A stretch of DNA of 33,801 nucleotides from a virus. Shown in pieces: positions 5,948-14,883 of this stretch. Location of the stretch: the IMG/VR virus record IMGVR_UViG_3300029130_000029, positions 1 through 33,801 of that record. One strand, 5' to 3'. The stretch's first letter is position 1. Each line of letters begins with the position of its first letter. Below the pieces are notes generated by a model that searched no databases, was not told the DNA's origin, and worked only from the letters and a program-made list of their open reading frames with translations. A program made the position numbers and the translations under genes.

Positions 5948-6270
5948 TAGGCTTCCCCCTTTCCTTCGGCATCCAAAATAGCCGCATCAGTGTGTTTGAC
6001 CATGCCGGTGGTGGCTGCGTCATATGTACCATTAGCAGCCAAAGCGACAATAACAGCGTTCAGCAGGCACAGCACCACGCCCTGTACCGTCAGAGCAGAG
6101 CCGTTAAAGGCTTCGGCTCCGATGAGGATGGCCACAGAGATGATGTAAGCAAGCAGCTGGGTGTTGATGTTCTTGAGGGGGGTCTGCTTGAGGAACTGGG
6201 TAATGATTGTGACCATCATTACAGCGCCTGCGTAAGTACCAAGGGAAGTCCAAGTTACAAATTCGTTCAT
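5947..6270 (-). CDS. Holin (multi-TM small protein)
   Basis: 107 aa with hydrophobic helices (YAGAVMMVTIITQFL, LLAYIISVAILIGAEAF, VVLCLLNAVIVALAA) and a charged C-terminus. Its stop overlaps the endolysin start. Confidence 0.65.
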   Translation of the reverse strand: MNEFVTWTSLGTYAGAVMMVTIITQFLKQTPLKNINTQLLAYIISVAILIGAEAFNGSALTVQGVVLCLLNAVIVALAANGTYDAATTGMVKHTDAAILDAEGKGEA

Positions 6271-6282
6271 TTTATGTCCTCC

Positions 6283-6675
6283 TTAAAGGAATTTGAGTTC
6301 CCCACGAATACAGCGGTCGTGGACGCTCTTAATGTTGCGGATCGCTGCATCCGCTTTGGAATTGATATAGACATCTTCGTGCTCCACACAGTACTCTGTG
6401 TAGTTGTCGATATCCTCCAGCACATTGTTGAAGGATTCTTCGCTGTGGTTCACCCCACGGCGCAGCTCGTCCGAAAAGCGCAGGATGCGGATGCGGCACA
6501 TATCTGTCCGGTAGCGTTCGTCAGAATCAATATGCTGTTGCAGCTTATTGTCCAAGGCTGACATACCGGAGATAATCTGATCCTGCTTGTCCTGCTTGCG
6601 GTCAATACGATGCAGCAGCCAGCTAATGACGGTAGCCAATGCGCCGGAGCCGAGGAGGGCCAGTGCAATTTCCAT
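6283..6675 (-). CDS. N-terminally membrane-anchored protein, unknown function (lysis-proximal)
   Basis: TM helix MEIALALLGSGALATVISWLL followed by a helical soluble domain. No recognised family. Confidence 0.55.
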   Translation of the reverse strand: MEIALALLGSGALATVISWLLHRIDRKQDKQDQIISGMSALDNKLQQHIDSDERYRTDMCRIRILRFSDELRRGVNHSEESFNNVLEDIDNYTEYCVEHEDVYINSKADAAIRNIKSVHDRCIRGELKFL

Positions 6676-6678
6676 GGG

Positions 6679-7113
6679 TTATGCCTCCTCAAAATACTGG
6701 CCTACAAGCTCGTGCGGGAGGTACTGCAGCACGATGGTGCCGGTCTCATTCAAACGCTTGCAGAGGTAGGTTTTACTGTCCTCCGGGTCGAGGTAGTACT
6801 TGCCGTACTCGTATTCCATACCCCTCGATGCCTGGATGGGGTCATCAATCGTTCCGGGAGAACTGGTGTTGACTACCACCCACAGAGCAGGAACAGCCGG
6901 GGGTTCCCAGTCTGCCTGCGATGTGTGGGCCTGCAAGCACTTGTACACCTTGCCATCGTGTCGTCTGCGGTCACCCACCGCATACTTGGTGCCAGTTTCC
7001 CATGGTAGGAACAGCATGGGGTTCTTTGCTGCATCAGCGTCAGCCATGGCACCAGTCACGCTGTCAATGCTCGTCCGAATCTCCTGCGCCTGCTCTAAGA
7101 TGTCATTCCGCAT
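6679..7113 (-). CDS. Protein with CBM5/12-like (chitin-binding type 3) carbohydrate-binding motif
   Basis: WETGTKYAVGDRRRHDGKVYKCLQAHTSQADWEPPAVPALW matches the pattern W..G..Y..GD.V...G..Y.C...H.S...W.P.....LW of CBM5/12 domains. Confidence 0.6.
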   Translation of the reverse strand: MRNDILEQAQEIRTSIDSVTGAMADADAAKNPMLFLPWETGTKYAVGDRRRHDGKVYKCLQAHTSQADWEPPAVPALWVVVNTSSPGTIDDPIQASRGMEYEYGKYYLDPEDSKTYLCKRLNETGTIVLQYLPHELVGQYFEEA

Positions 7114-7234
7114 TGGCTGCTTCCTCCTTTTCTTCGGTTTCTACGCCGAGGGTTTGAAGAGCTGCTTTCAGATGTTCCAGCTCTGCTTCCTGCTTTGCTT
7201 TTACTTCTTTGGCTTTTTCTGTGTAATAGCCCAT
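7103..7234 (-). CDS. Small charged coiled-coil peptide (43 aa), below the ORF-track cutoff
   Basis: ATG 7234 overlaps the TAA of the upstream fibre gene (TAATG). Its stop TGA 7105-7103 overlaps the ATG of the next gene. Sequence MGYYTEKAKEVKAKQEAELEHLKAALQTLGVETEEKEEAANAE. Confidence 0.4.
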   Translation of the reverse strand: MGYYTEKAKEVKAKQEAELEHLKAALQTLGVETEEKEEAANAE

Positions 7235-8523
7235 TAGTTCACCCCCATAATGTTAAGAGCATTAAGTGTATCAAGGATATAACTTTCGCCAGAAAGTGTT
7301 TTCCACTGATTTGTAGTTGTATCGTAAATATAAGCATTTGTGAGTTGAGCGATGTTGTTTGAATCTCCGATGTAAGCATTTCGTAAGTAGGCTTCAAATT
7401 CGGATTTTTGACCTTTTACGACTGTGAATGGATTGTCAAAACCAAAGTCTGCTTGTAGAAATAAATGATTTTGTTGCAAAACAGTCGATTGTGTAAATGT
7501 TTCTACTGAAGAAACTCCAGAACCACCAAGAAGATAAAATTTATCACCAACAAATCCACAGCAAGCTGATACTCTACTTGCGTGCAATTCAGACTCAAGC
7601 ACGTCAACGGCCAAGTTATCTAAATTTACACGAATTATCTTTTTTTGATACTGAGTAGAATCTATATTTCCAAAGATATATGCATAGCTACCGATTCTAC
7701 AGCACCTATTTGCTTGGTTCACCATATAAGGTAGTACATTGTTATTCTGAGTATATTCTTGTGTATCGACATCAAATGTCTGTATAGACTTCCGTGGGTC
7801 AAATGAGACTCTTGTTGTGCCTCCAAATACATAAACTTTGCTTCCTACTGCAACACAAGCTGCATTATAGGTTCCTTGAGCTTGTACTGGCATATTCCCA
7901 TGATAAGTAAATTTTTCTGTTGTTACATCGAAAACTGATACAGTAGCAGAGTTTATACTTCCAACATATGAACCAACAAGAAATATTTTATTGCCACTAA
8001 CACAGCCACTTGAAAAATAGTATACTTGCGTACCGGGAAAGGGATAAGAAACATTTCTTAGTGTAGTTTTTTCTCCTGTTTCCAAATCAAACTTATCTAC
8101 ATACTCGGAATCTGCTCCAACATTATGATTAAAAGTATATATGTATTTGCCAACAGTAAATGCGAGTACATAATATTGGTAAACCAGGTCTGAATAAAAA
8201 GTCGTTTTTTCTCCCGTTGTTACATCATATCTATATATATCATTTTGCTGGCTACCTGTATATGGACAAACAGAATAAATATAATTACCGTATGAACACA
8301 TTTGCGGGTAGTCATTTCTAAGCTGAGAAAAACCAACTGTCCAATTCTTTGTCTCCGTGTATTCATTTCCATAATTCAAAACAGGACTGCATTTCACGAA
8401 GTCTGGCTTACTTACCAACGGAACCCATAGTTTGCTTGTATCTACGGGAGGGGTGGAACCAAAGTCAATGTTCAAATCAGCTCCACCACCACCCAATGTA
8501 ATAGGATTTCCTAAAATACTCAT
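7234..8523 (-). CDS. Kelch-like beta-propeller tail fibre / receptor-binding protein, paralogue 2 (intact)
   Basis: About six blades carry the pattern G-x-x-[IVF]-Y-[IVL]-[FLV]-G-G/N followed by [IV]xx[FY]D[VL]xTxxxT. Examples are GSKVYVFGGT...IQTFDVDTQEYT, GDKFYLLGGSG and IYRYDVTTGEKTT. The N-terminal 45 aa or so and the C-terminal 35 aa or so are shared with paralogue 1. The likely start is ATG 8523; the track start 8529 is GTG. Confidence 0.75.
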   Translation of the reverse strand: MSILGNPITLGGGGADLNIDFGSTPPVDTSKLWVPLVSKPDFVKCSPVLNYGNEYTETKNWTVGFSQLRNDYPQMCSYGNYIYSVCPYTGSQQNDIYRYDVTTGEKTTFYSDLVYQYYVLAFTVGKYIYTFNHNVGADSEYVDKFDLETGEKTTLRNVSYPFPGTQVYYFSSGCVSGNKIFLVGSYVGSINSATVSVFDVTTEKFTYHGNMPVQAQGTYNAACVAVGSKVYVFGGTTRVSFDPRKSIQTFDVDTQEYTQNNNVLPYMVNQANRCCRIGSYAYIFGNIDSTQYQKKIIRVNLDNLAVDVLESELHASRVSACCGFVGDKFYLLGGSGVSSVETFTQSTVLQQNHLFLQADFGFDNPFTVVKGQKSEFEAYLRNAYIGDSNNIAQLTNAYIYDTTTNQWKTLSGESYILDTLNALNIMGVN

Positions 8524-8547
8524 ATTCACCCTTTCCGGGGTGATGTA

Positions 8548-9836
8548 TTAGGTCACCCCTAAGATATTCAATGCTGTCTGCATATCGTCTACATAGCTTT
8601 CGCCAGACAGCGACTTCCATTTATTTGTTGCTGTATCAAACAAATATGCTGTTTGTTCTTGAGCCGTTCCATTAGTATCTCCAAGATATACAGCAAGCGG
8701 ACAAGCGTACAAAGAAGTGTCTTTCCCTTTTACGGCTTCCCATACATCATCTGTATAGTCTGTGTTCACCAGCAAGGTTCCTGCTTCAAGTTCAAAGTTG
8801 AACTTCGTATAGACTACGCCAGCGTTGCCAAACCATGATGTATGATTTCTAAAAGAAGAAGCACCAATTACAGCAGTCGTAGGCGGTTGCCCAAGAGTTG
8901 CTGCTTTTGTCTGTGTGTATGTTTCAGGGTGCCACTGTAACAACGAAGAAAAGTCACCCTGCTTAATGTAATAAGAATTGTTGCTAATTAGCCAATGACG
9001 ATACGGTATGGAATTTCCCAGCCATCCAGAAGCAGATGTTGCATTTGTCCACTCTTTTGTGTTCAAATCAAAGATATAAATATTTGCAGTGTCGTTTGTG
9101 GTTGCAAAAACAACGGTGTCTTTTGTGTAATACACTGGATGACCCTCGACTGGACATTGGTAAAAAGTTATCCCATTTGAATCAGTGTCAAAAATTCTTA
9201 CGAAACGCTGTGAACGAACATTATATCCAGATTCGTTACCTGAAGGACTACCGCCAATAATAACAATCTTATCGCCCCACAAAAAAGCATCACAATATTC
9301 CCAGCTTTCGATGTTGTAGTTTACGGGTGCTTTTTGATAGACAACTGTTGCAGTGTTAGTAGATAAATCTACTTTCATTATTTGTTCATGTCGGCTGTAT
9401 TTCTGCGTAGTGTATGACACAGCACCACTAATAATATAAATGCAATTATTGTAATAAACACAAGGAGCAGCACCACCTGGATTTGCTGGAAGTGTTATTT
9501 GCGAAGTAATATTTTCTTGTGACCATGTGCTTTTACTTATTCGATTGACTACTTTTGTCACATATATGTATTCAGATGCAATGCCACCAAACGCATAGAT
9601 ATAATCTTCTGTTTCGCAAAGTGCCATACCATTTACCATGTTCGCTGATGTTACAGGGTGGTGTTCCTGCGTTATACTGCCAACATCGGTACGAAAGTCA
9701 ACCTTTACTGCATCCGGTTTTTTCTCCAAAGGCACCCATAGTTTAGTTGTGTCTGTCGGAGGGGTAGAACCGTAATCAATGTTGAGTTTTACCCCCCCCC
9801 GTTGGTAATAATTGGATTCCCATAGATGATGCTCAT
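8548..9836 (-). CDS. Kelch-like beta-propeller tail fibre / receptor-binding protein, paralogue 1, reading frame interrupted at a G9 homopolymer
   Basis: Track ORF 8548..9735 starts at a GTG that has no RBS. Upstream, ATG 9836 overlaps the stop of 9833..10705 (ATGA) and encodes MSIIYGNPIITNGGG before TAA (9791-9789). One frame over, VKLNIDYGSTPPTDTTKLWVPL runs into the ORF. The joined sequence aligns with the paralogue-2 N-terminus. Kelch-like blades are present (DYIYAFGG, GDKIVIIGGSPSG). Confidence 0.7.
9792..9800. repeat. C9 (G9 on the coding strand) homopolymer at the frame junction of the fibre gene
   Basis: Plus strand reads tttt-a-ccccccccc-gttgg. G10 or G7 would restore a single reading frame. 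Confidence 0.9.
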
Positions 9837-10705
9837 GCGGTTACCTCCGTTATCGTTACCTGTACCGCCATATCCGCATTGGGCTTTTCGCCCATTGCTT
9901 TGGCGGTAAGGGTACCATTGTTGTTCTCAATCCAAAGGGCAGATGTGCCGCTGTCTATGATAACGCCAAGAGCGGTTGCGTCCATCTGGATATCCACCTT
10001 GCTGTTGGCCGTAGTTCCAAGCCCGCTGATGGTTTGGCTGTACGGACTTTCGGAGCCGAGCCAAGATGCCGCAGGAAGCGAAAGCTGCTTAATAACAACC
10101 GCACGGTTTATCTTGTACTCCATCTTTCCGATGGCCTGCGTTACCGTATCTGTTGTGGTTACATTCTGCCGGGAGGTTGCCTGCTTGTAGCCGGGGATTT
10201 TGATTTGGCTGCCGGTGTAATCGCCGGTTTGCGGTGTCACCGCTCCGGTGCGGCCGTTAAAGCTCGCAACAGTACCAGGGCTGATGGTGTGCGCTACATA
10301 CTGCAAATCGGAGATCATTGTGGGCTGGGCTGTGTAAGTGGCTATCGGCAGCTGGTACACAGTACCGCTTGCATTGATATCCTCCTGCACCAGCGCCGGA
10401 AGCGGGTCTTGCGCCTGTGTCACAAAAGAAATCGGTGCTTCGGTGTTTGCCATGTCAATTTGGATAAGCAATCGACCGGGGACAGAGCCGCTGGTCGGAA
10501 GCGTCGCATTGATCGTTTGGGCTTCCACAACAAAGTTTCGGCCGAGGATTATACCACGGCCATCGGAAACATTTATGATGTTACCACCCTGTGTAGTTAC
10601 TTCAACGCCAGTAAAGATGCCGCTGTCGTTGATAATGTGGTTGTACAGATACGCATCATCCGTTGGAGTTACGATAGATGCGTTATACTGGAGCAGCGTT
10701 ATCAT
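9833..10705 (-). CDS. Tail fibre / baseplate-distal protein
   Basis: The motif FNGRTGAVTPQTGDYTGSQI recurs in phage tail-fibre proteins. It lies between the Tal-like gene and the receptor-binding genes, and both neighbours are joined by ATGA overlaps. Confidence 0.6.
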   Translation of the reverse strand: MITLLQYNASIVTPTDDAYLYNHIINDSGIFTGVEVTTQGGNIINVSDGRGIILGRNFVVEAQTINATLPTSGSVPGRLLIQIDMANTEAPISFVTQAQDPLPALVQEDINASGTVYQLPIATYTAQPTMISDLQYVAHTISPGTVASFNGRTGAVTPQTGDYTGSQIKIPGYKQATSRQNVTTTDTVTQAIGKMEYKINRAVVIKQLSLPAASWLGSESPYSQTISGLGTTANSKVDIQMDATALGVIIDSGTSALWIENNNGTLTAKAMGEKPNADMAVQVTITEVTA

Positions 10706-11757
10706 GCGTTTGCCCTCCTTTCAAGGATCAAAATTTTGGTAAGATCGGCACGGACAACGCCGAAGGTCATTTTTGTAACATCCTGCGACCTTGCATAGCC
10801 GGTAAGGATAGATTTGTAACTACTGTCGCCATCAATGACCAAAACCTCTGTGCCGATGGCCATTGAGGTATCAAGTACGCCACAGTCGTTTCGGGCAGTC
10901 AGCTCGATCATGTTGTCATACTTTTGCGGGCTTAACGCTTCGTAAGCCTTTTTGTATGCAGCAGATTCAAAATTGATATCCGTTTCCAAAAACTGCGCCG
11001 CAAAAAACACAGGTGTAATTCTGTCCGTGTTGTTTGTGTCGACATTGCCGTTAGGATGTAGATAGTAGGTTATGCGCTGCGTCTCATCGGCCTTGTTGTA
11101 GATGGTTACCTTGTTCAGCTGGCCTGTGCTGTCGCCGATGATGATGTTTTTGTCAACGATAGCCTGTAGGTTTGTTTCTATGACAGCAGTCTCGCTGACC
11201 TTGCCCACCTTAACAGAGATTGTCTTTTTCTGCGGGTCAAAGCTCATGTTGACAGCTACGCCATAAGCCGTCAGCGATTTCGTGATGATTTCGTAAAAGC
11301 TGTGGATGTTGTCCTTTAGATTGAGCGCCCCGGTCGTTTCGGAGGTCGTTTCCACCGTCATACCGGATATGTTTTGCAAAGCATCTCCAGAAGAAACAAA
11401 GTTATCTCGGATGATTGAAGCAATAAAAGGCTCGATCTTTGCAGAGGTCGTGCGATCGAAATATACCTCGGTGTCAAAAAGCGACATAAGAGGCTGCGCC
11501 GAAATCGTTACGCCCGTTTTATCTGTTTCCACATCGTCAACGATTCCCTGATAAGCTACATTCCCGTTTTGGTCTGTAACGCTTATAAAGTCGCCCTTTT
11601 TTGCATCCAGCTTTACAGCCCGGAGAGTAGTTTTTTCTACGGTCAGGTAGTCAAACTGTATCTCCGGGCTTTCAATCGGAGCAAAACTTCGGAATGTGAA
11701 ATCCCTTGCGAATACTTCGCACTTAAACAGAGTATGCAAGTTTCTCCACCTCCACAT
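10702..11757 (-). CDS. Tal-like tail tip / baseplate hub protein (siphovirus Gp37-like, short form)
   Basis: Assigned from its position directly after Dit and its size. The start is uncertain: ATG 11757 lacks an RBS, while TTG 11739 follows GGAGGTGGAG. Confidence 0.55.
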   Translation of the reverse strand: MWRWRNLHTLFKCEVFARDFTFRSFAPIESPEIQFDYLTVEKTTLRAVKLDAKKGDFISVTDQNGNVAYQGIVDDVETDKTGVTISAQPLMSLFDTEVYFDRTTSAKIEPFIASIIRDNFVSSGDALQNISGMTVETTSETTGALNLKDNIHSFYEIITKSLTAYGVAVNMSFDPQKKTISVKVGKVSETAVIETNLQAIVDKNIIIGDSTGQLNKVTIYNKADETQRITYYLHPNGNVDTNNTDRITPVFFAAQFLETDINFESAAYKKAYEALSPQKYDNMIELTARNDCGVLDTSMAIGTEVLVIDGDSSYKSILTGYARSQDVTKMTFGVVRADLTKILILERRANA

Positions 11758-12544
11758 ATGCTACGATATCCGATGTGCCGTCGTGCGAAAATGTCAAAGT
11801 GCTTTCTCCCGGCGGAGCATAGATAAATCTTCCGGTCGAAAAGTCGCTGGACTGGTACAGGTTTTGGATGTATGTCCCGTCGAGCGCATACTCTGCGATC
11901 TCCATTGTTGCAGGGTCAGCATCAACAACGAGTTTGTGTCCGTCAGGGATTGTTGCGGTTACTTTTCCGACCGCTACACGGGTACCGGCCTTGATAAGCG
12001 CCCAAGCAGGATTGACGACCGGGCCGAAGATTTGCAGTTTGCACGGTGATGCCAAATCCCCGTTTCTTATTTTTGCAGTTCCTGTTGCTGTTTCTGCGTA
12101 GTAATAAGGATAAGTGTAACTGTACCTTTTAATTCCTTGGTCTGGCGCTTGACTTTGTGTTACCTTAACAGCTTCGTGCCAAGTCCCGAAGCAGAGGAAT
12201 GTAATCGGTACTGCCAAATAGCCGGATTTCAGTTCCGACTTATCCGCAGACTGCACTTCACACTTGATTTTGTACCATGTGTCCAGCGGGGAATACATCA
12301 GGTAAAGCGGGCCTTTTGTCACGAACGAAATAAACGCCTGATACCGGGAATAGTCGAAGAATATCATTTCGCCTGTCACGGCATACTGGTTAAGGAATTC
12401 ATCCGATACCAGCCATGCGCTTCCGGCTTGGATGGTGGAGTAGGTTTTGCCAAAGCCTAATCCACCTGGCGCATTGAAGTACGCCGTTTTGTCCATCAAA
12501 TCCCATTCGGCGCCGACACCGTTCTTGAGCTTAAATTTTCTCAT
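11723..12544 (-). CDS. Distal tail protein (Dit)
   Basis: Immediately follows the tape measure gene, with its ATG overlapping the TMP stop (TGATG). The size is typical, and the beta-rich sequence resembles siphovirus tail-component family proteins. Confidence 0.7.
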   Translation of the reverse strand: MRKFKLKNGVGAEWDLMDKTAYFNAPGGLGFGKTYSTIQAGSAWLVSDEFLNQYAVTGEMIFFDYSRYQAFISFVTKGPLYLMYSPLDTWYKIKCEVQSADKSELKSGYLAVPITFLCFGTWHEAVKVTQSQAPDQGIKRYSYTYPYYYAETATGTAKIRNGDLASPCKLQIFGPVVNPAWALIKAGTRVAVGKVTATIPDGHKLVVDADPATMEIAEYALDGTYIQNLYQSSDFSTGRFIYAPPGESTLTFSHDGTSDIVAYVEVEKLAYSV

Positions 12545-14883
12545 CAGTAAGCCCTCCCAAGCGCACGGTTGACCGCCTGTACCAAGTTCCTTGCGGCAGC
12601 TTCACCGGCTGCGTTATCGTAGCCGTTAAATGTGTTGTTCATTTCGATGGTGATGCCGCCACGGTCGTTTCCGTTCAGTGGCATAACATGGGCACGGCCA
12701 CCGGCCATGGTAAGCAGCTCCGGCCCGGCTTCGCCGACGATGGCGCTGCCGGAGGACAAAACTCCGCCCTTGGCAAGATAAGCAATTTTTCCGATGGTCG
12801 GAATATTAAATCCGAGGGACTTACCGCCCAAAACAGGAACCCAATCCGGAACATCAAAGTGAATGCTGTTAAGGCCGTTTATCATCCAGTTAATGGCGTC
12901 AATAACCATGTTGATAAGGCCGATGATTCCATTAAGAGGAGCCTTTGCAATCGCCACAAGGGCTGTAAAGATGCCCTTAAAGATTTCCTGAACACCTGTC
13001 CATGCTCTTTCCCAGTCCCCCGTGAATACGCCACGGATGAAATCGATAATACCGTCAAAAACGGCCTTTATGGAATCCCAAATAGATTTTACTGTTGCGA
13101 AGAAGAAATTTAAGATTTCCCCCAATATTCCGAACGATTCCGACCAATCCGTCGTAAATACGCCCTGCAAGAAATCATCCACACGCTGGAGAATGGCTTG
13201 TATCTCGTCTCCACTTGTTGCAATCCAAGCAACAAGTCCTACAATGGCCGCTATGAGCAGCACGATAGGATTTGCAATTATGAAATTTATGGCCGTTATC
13301 AGCGCCGGGATAACCGTTCCAGTTATAAAACTGATGGCTCCGGCAATTCCCGAAATAATGCCTGCAATCGGGGAAATCGCCGCAATAAGACCGCCGACAA
13401 TAAGGATTGTCTTTTTGACCCCATCGTCGAGGTTTGAAAACCAATCGATTGCATTTTGAAGCCCTGCGACGATTTTATTGATAATCGGCAGCAGGATATC
13501 ACCGATAGAGATTGCCAAGTTATTGAGCCCGTTTCGGAGTATTTTCATCTGGCTTTCGGTCGTTGCGTATCTTTTGCTTGCCTCGTTGGAGAGGGCAATA
13601 TTTTCGTCCCACGCAGTATTTGCGGTTGTAACAGCATCGTCCAATACATCGGACGCAAGGGCTAACGCACGAAGCATATTGGACTGGCGAATCCCGGAGA
13701 GCCCCAATTTATCCAATACAGAGATTGTGTCCTCTCCATTTTCGTTCATCTTCCCAAGCCCGCCGATGAAAGCACTGATTGCGTCCATCGGTTCATTGCC
13801 CCACATATCTGCGAATTCAGAAGCAGATGCACCAGCGATCTTTGCAAATGTTTCAAGATCATCACCGCCAGCAGACACAGCCTTGCTTATTGCGGTCATT
13901 GTTTGGGTCATTGCCGTACCGCCTGCCTCTGCGTTGATGCCAACAGAGGACATTGCGGTGGACAATGCAAGGATATCCTGTTCGGACAACCCGGCAACTG
14001 TACCAGCAGACGCAAGGCGGGTAGCCATCTCAACAATATCGCGCTCTGTTGTGGCGAAGTTGTTGCCAAGGTCAACGATGGTACTGCCGAGTTTGGAGTA
14101 TTCATCAGCGGTCGTTCCGGTAATGTTGGCAAATTTGGCAAGTGCAGAGGCAGCTTCATCAGCGGAAAGGTTTGTTGCTTCGCCCAAGTCGATCATAACG
14201 CGGGTAAAGTCAAGTACATCATCGGTGGCAATACCCAACTGTCCAGCAGCTTCCGCAACCGCCGCAATCTCCGTAGTGGACGCAGGAATTTCTTCTGCCA
14301 TGTCCAATATGCCCTGCCGGAGTGCCGCAAGCTGCTCTGAAGTGCCGTCTACTGTTTTTTCAACGCCAGCAAAGGCGCTTTCGAATTCTACAGCCGCTTT
14401 TGTGGCTGCCACTCCTGCTCCTGCAAAGGCCAAAGATGCCGGTGCAAACTTCTTTGCAATGTTCCCGGACTTTTCGGCGATCTCGCCGGTAACTGCGGAA
14501 ACCTGTGCAAGCGCCGCACGGCTCTTGGATGCTTCTGCCTGTAGGTCTTTCAGTTTCAGCTCGGCGCTGGTCAGTTCCTGGACTAACTCACGGTATTGTT
14601 TTTGGTTGACCTCCGTTCCTGCGGCCATTTCTTGATCCGCTTGCTTTTTGGCGTTCCGGAGGCTTTCAACCTTGTTTTCTGTATTTTTGATTTGATCCCC
14701 GAGCAATTGTTCCTTTTGTTTGAGCAGGTCAATATTGGTCGGGTCGAGTTTCAGCAGGCGATTGACCTTATTAAGCTCCGATTGTGTTCCACCGATTTCT
14801 CTGTTCAGCGAGCCGAGCGCTTTTGACAATCCCGTTGTATTGCCGCCGATTTCAACAACGATGCCTTTAACCTTTTCAGCCAA
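12544..14883 (-). CDS. Tail tape measure protein
   Basis: The longest gene. It has a helical N-terminus, an Ala/Gly-rich core and hydrophobic segments (ILIVGGLIAAISPIAGIISGIAGAISFITG). The likely TTG start at 14883 lies 8 nt after AGGAGG and overlaps the stop of the chaperone frameshift product. The track start 14910 is GTG. Confidence 0.9.
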   Translation of the reverse strand: MAEKVKGIVVEIGGNTTGLSKALGSLNREIGGTQSELNKVNRLLKLDPTNIDLLKQKEQLLGDQIKNTENKVESLRNAKKQADQEMAAGTEVNQKQYRELVQELTSAELKLKDLQAEASKSRAALAQVSAVTGEIAEKSGNIAKKFAPASLAFAGAGVAATKAAVEFESAFAGVEKTVDGTSEQLAALRQGILDMAEEIPASTTEIAAVAEAAGQLGIATDDVLDFTRVMIDLGEATNLSADEAASALAKFANITGTTADEYSKLGSTIVDLGNNFATTERDIVEMATRLASAGTVAGLSEQDILALSTAMSSVGINAEAGGTAMTQTMTAISKAVSAGGDDLETFAKIAGASASEFADMWGNEPMDAISAFIGGLGKMNENGEDTISVLDKLGLSGIRQSNMLRALALASDVLDDAVTTANTAWDENIALSNEASKRYATTESQMKILRNGLNNLAISIGDILLPIINKIVAGLQNAIDWFSNLDDGVKKTILIVGGLIAAISPIAGIISGIAGAISFITGTVIPALITAINFIIANPIVLLIAAIVGLVAWIATSGDEIQAILQRVDDFLQGVFTTDWSESFGILGEILNFFFATVKSIWDSIKAVFDGIIDFIRGVFTGDWERAWTGVQEIFKGIFTALVAIAKAPLNGIIGLINMVIDAINWMINGLNSIHFDVPDWVPVLGGKSLGFNIPTIGKIAYLAKGGVLSSGSAIVGEAGPELLTMAGGRAHVMPLNGNDRGGITIEMNNTFNGYDNAAGEAAARNLVQAVNRALGRAY

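Noticed and set aside
7234-9836. A diversity-generating retroelement acting on the duplicated fibre genes
   Set aside because: No reverse transcriptase gene is present anywhere in the window. No template/variable repeat pair with adenine-specific mismatches is present. The paralogues differ throughout their cores at the protein level.
13478-14635. A 385-aa plus-strand ORF (and other plus ORFs at 12688-14340) opposite the tape measure gene
   Set aside because: It is antisense to the tape measure protein. The translation is Ser/Ala/Pro-rich and low-complexity, with no translation signals.
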